Source: Orbicella franksi
Taxonomy: Eukaryota
Reading direction: 5' to 3'
NCBI GenBank assembly: GCA_964199315.1
Contig: OZ116698.1
Location: 11,842,001 to 11,906,000, forward strand
DNA: 64,000 bases
The notes beneath the pieces are model-generated. The model was not told the origin of the DNA. It searched no databases and was given only the letters and a program-made list of their open reading frames with translations. Numbering within the stretch: the stretch's first letter is position 1; every line of letters begins with the position of its first letter. Of the stretch, positions 62,788 to 64,000 are shown in pieces. The position numbers were made by a program, and so were the translations under genes.

Positions 62788-63690
62788 ACAAAACGTCACG
62801 TGACACTTCCCGGGAGAATTCCGGCGCACGTGCTTGAGCGACTTAATATTGAATTTCTTCGGGTTTTAATTTTCTCATAACATTTACGTGCACATGGACA
62901 CAACAGACAGTCTTTTATAAGCTTTTCACTGAGAATATGATAGCCAGGCTAAAGTCATGCATGCAAGCTTGTTTCGGTAGAAAACAATCTTTTAAAGTTT
63001 ACTTGAAAGATGAAGAACATACCAACACATTAAATAAATTGGCGATACAAGGTCATACGGTCTTGAAGTCTTAAGTGAAGATGCACATTCCAAGTCACTG
63101 CCATTTGATGGCCTGGATCACGCGAAACCTTCATTCTCACGCTCCCTCTCACGTTATTTAATTGAAATGTTACGTAATTTCATGACAAGGCAACTTTTTC
63201 ACTTACCATGTCAACACTAATTCAATGCGTTGCTTGTTATCTATATCTGCGATCGTTTTACTGTTTGTCCAAAAGTGGTCGCGTGCCCCCTTAAATTTAA
63301 GGTGCAAACGGCACGTGTCGCTAGCTGAAAAGTATACGTCCATGCGTCGATATTTTCTTCGGCGATATTTTCTTAAAATTCTGTTACCCTCTTAGAATAG
63401 GATAGCAAGGCTGGAGTCATGCAAAAATGATCACCCAAGGGTCAAAAGCTACTTGATACGAAGCTACACAATAGGGTTCTCCTATCCCGCCATCTCGACT
63501 CTTTTTTTTTGCGAAATCCTGCCATACCAATAGTCCCCATACGGAACGTTACTCTTCCGAAACAATTTCTTTTCAAATCTGTTCTTTCAACAAATAGAAT
63601 TTGATGGTCCTGCTGTGCTAGTTCATTGGACGTAAAATATTTCCCCTCTGAGGTTTTTCAATGAAACTTACTTCAAGCTCTCCACAGGTC

Positions 63691-63860
63691 TTAAGGGAGC
63701 GTTCATTTTTTATGAGGGAGGGGGGGGGGGCTGGTGAGATTTGGGAAGCACCATTTAAAAATCGCATGACCCCCCCTCAGCTTACCAATTTTTTCACGTG
63801 GCCCACCCCCTTATAGCGGTCATTTTTTGGGATGACCCCCCGCCCCCCCAAAAAATTGAA
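63691..63860. repeat. G-run/C-run-rich interspersed repeat fragment
   Basis: A long G run near 63720 followed by several C runs; probably the end of a transposon. Confidence 0.4.
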
Positions 63861-64000
63861 CAAGCAATATTTAGATTTCAACTTTTTTAATATTTCTCTA
63901 TTATCCCCCTACTTCACGTTTTGTGCTCACTGTGAAGACAATATTTACAATCCCTATACTACAGAGAGCTGTTGTTTGAAAAACAAATCAAATGAAAGAG

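Overview
Eukaryotic, intron-rich, AT-rich animal genomic DNA. The repeat families and gene content suggest a cnidarian, most likely a stony coral (inference). There is one assembly gap (12883-13178). All four recognisable multi-exon genes lie on the minus strand. (1) A 5-finger Gfi/Senseless-type gene has two separate SNAG-encoding start exons (ATG 16910 and ATG 23125) that both splice in frame to the same downstream exons. (2) A second, 6-finger Gfi gene lies directly upstream (30011-25660). (3) A 17-exon SLC18B1-like MFS/vesicular polyamine transporter (51475-38984) has a 1.6-kb TIR element with an internal hairpin array 20 bp upstream of its ATG. (4) Two secreted SOUL/heme-binding-like genes follow: one single-domain and one in-frame two-domain fusion. 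A short plus-strand ORF at 35538-35720 looks like an unannotated secreted peptide precursor (TATA box, signal peptide, RR/RKR sites, AATAAA). The remainder is intronic or intergenic DNA with many MITEs and SINEs. Exon boundaries were derived by hand from GT/AG sites and frame continuity; no databases were searched.
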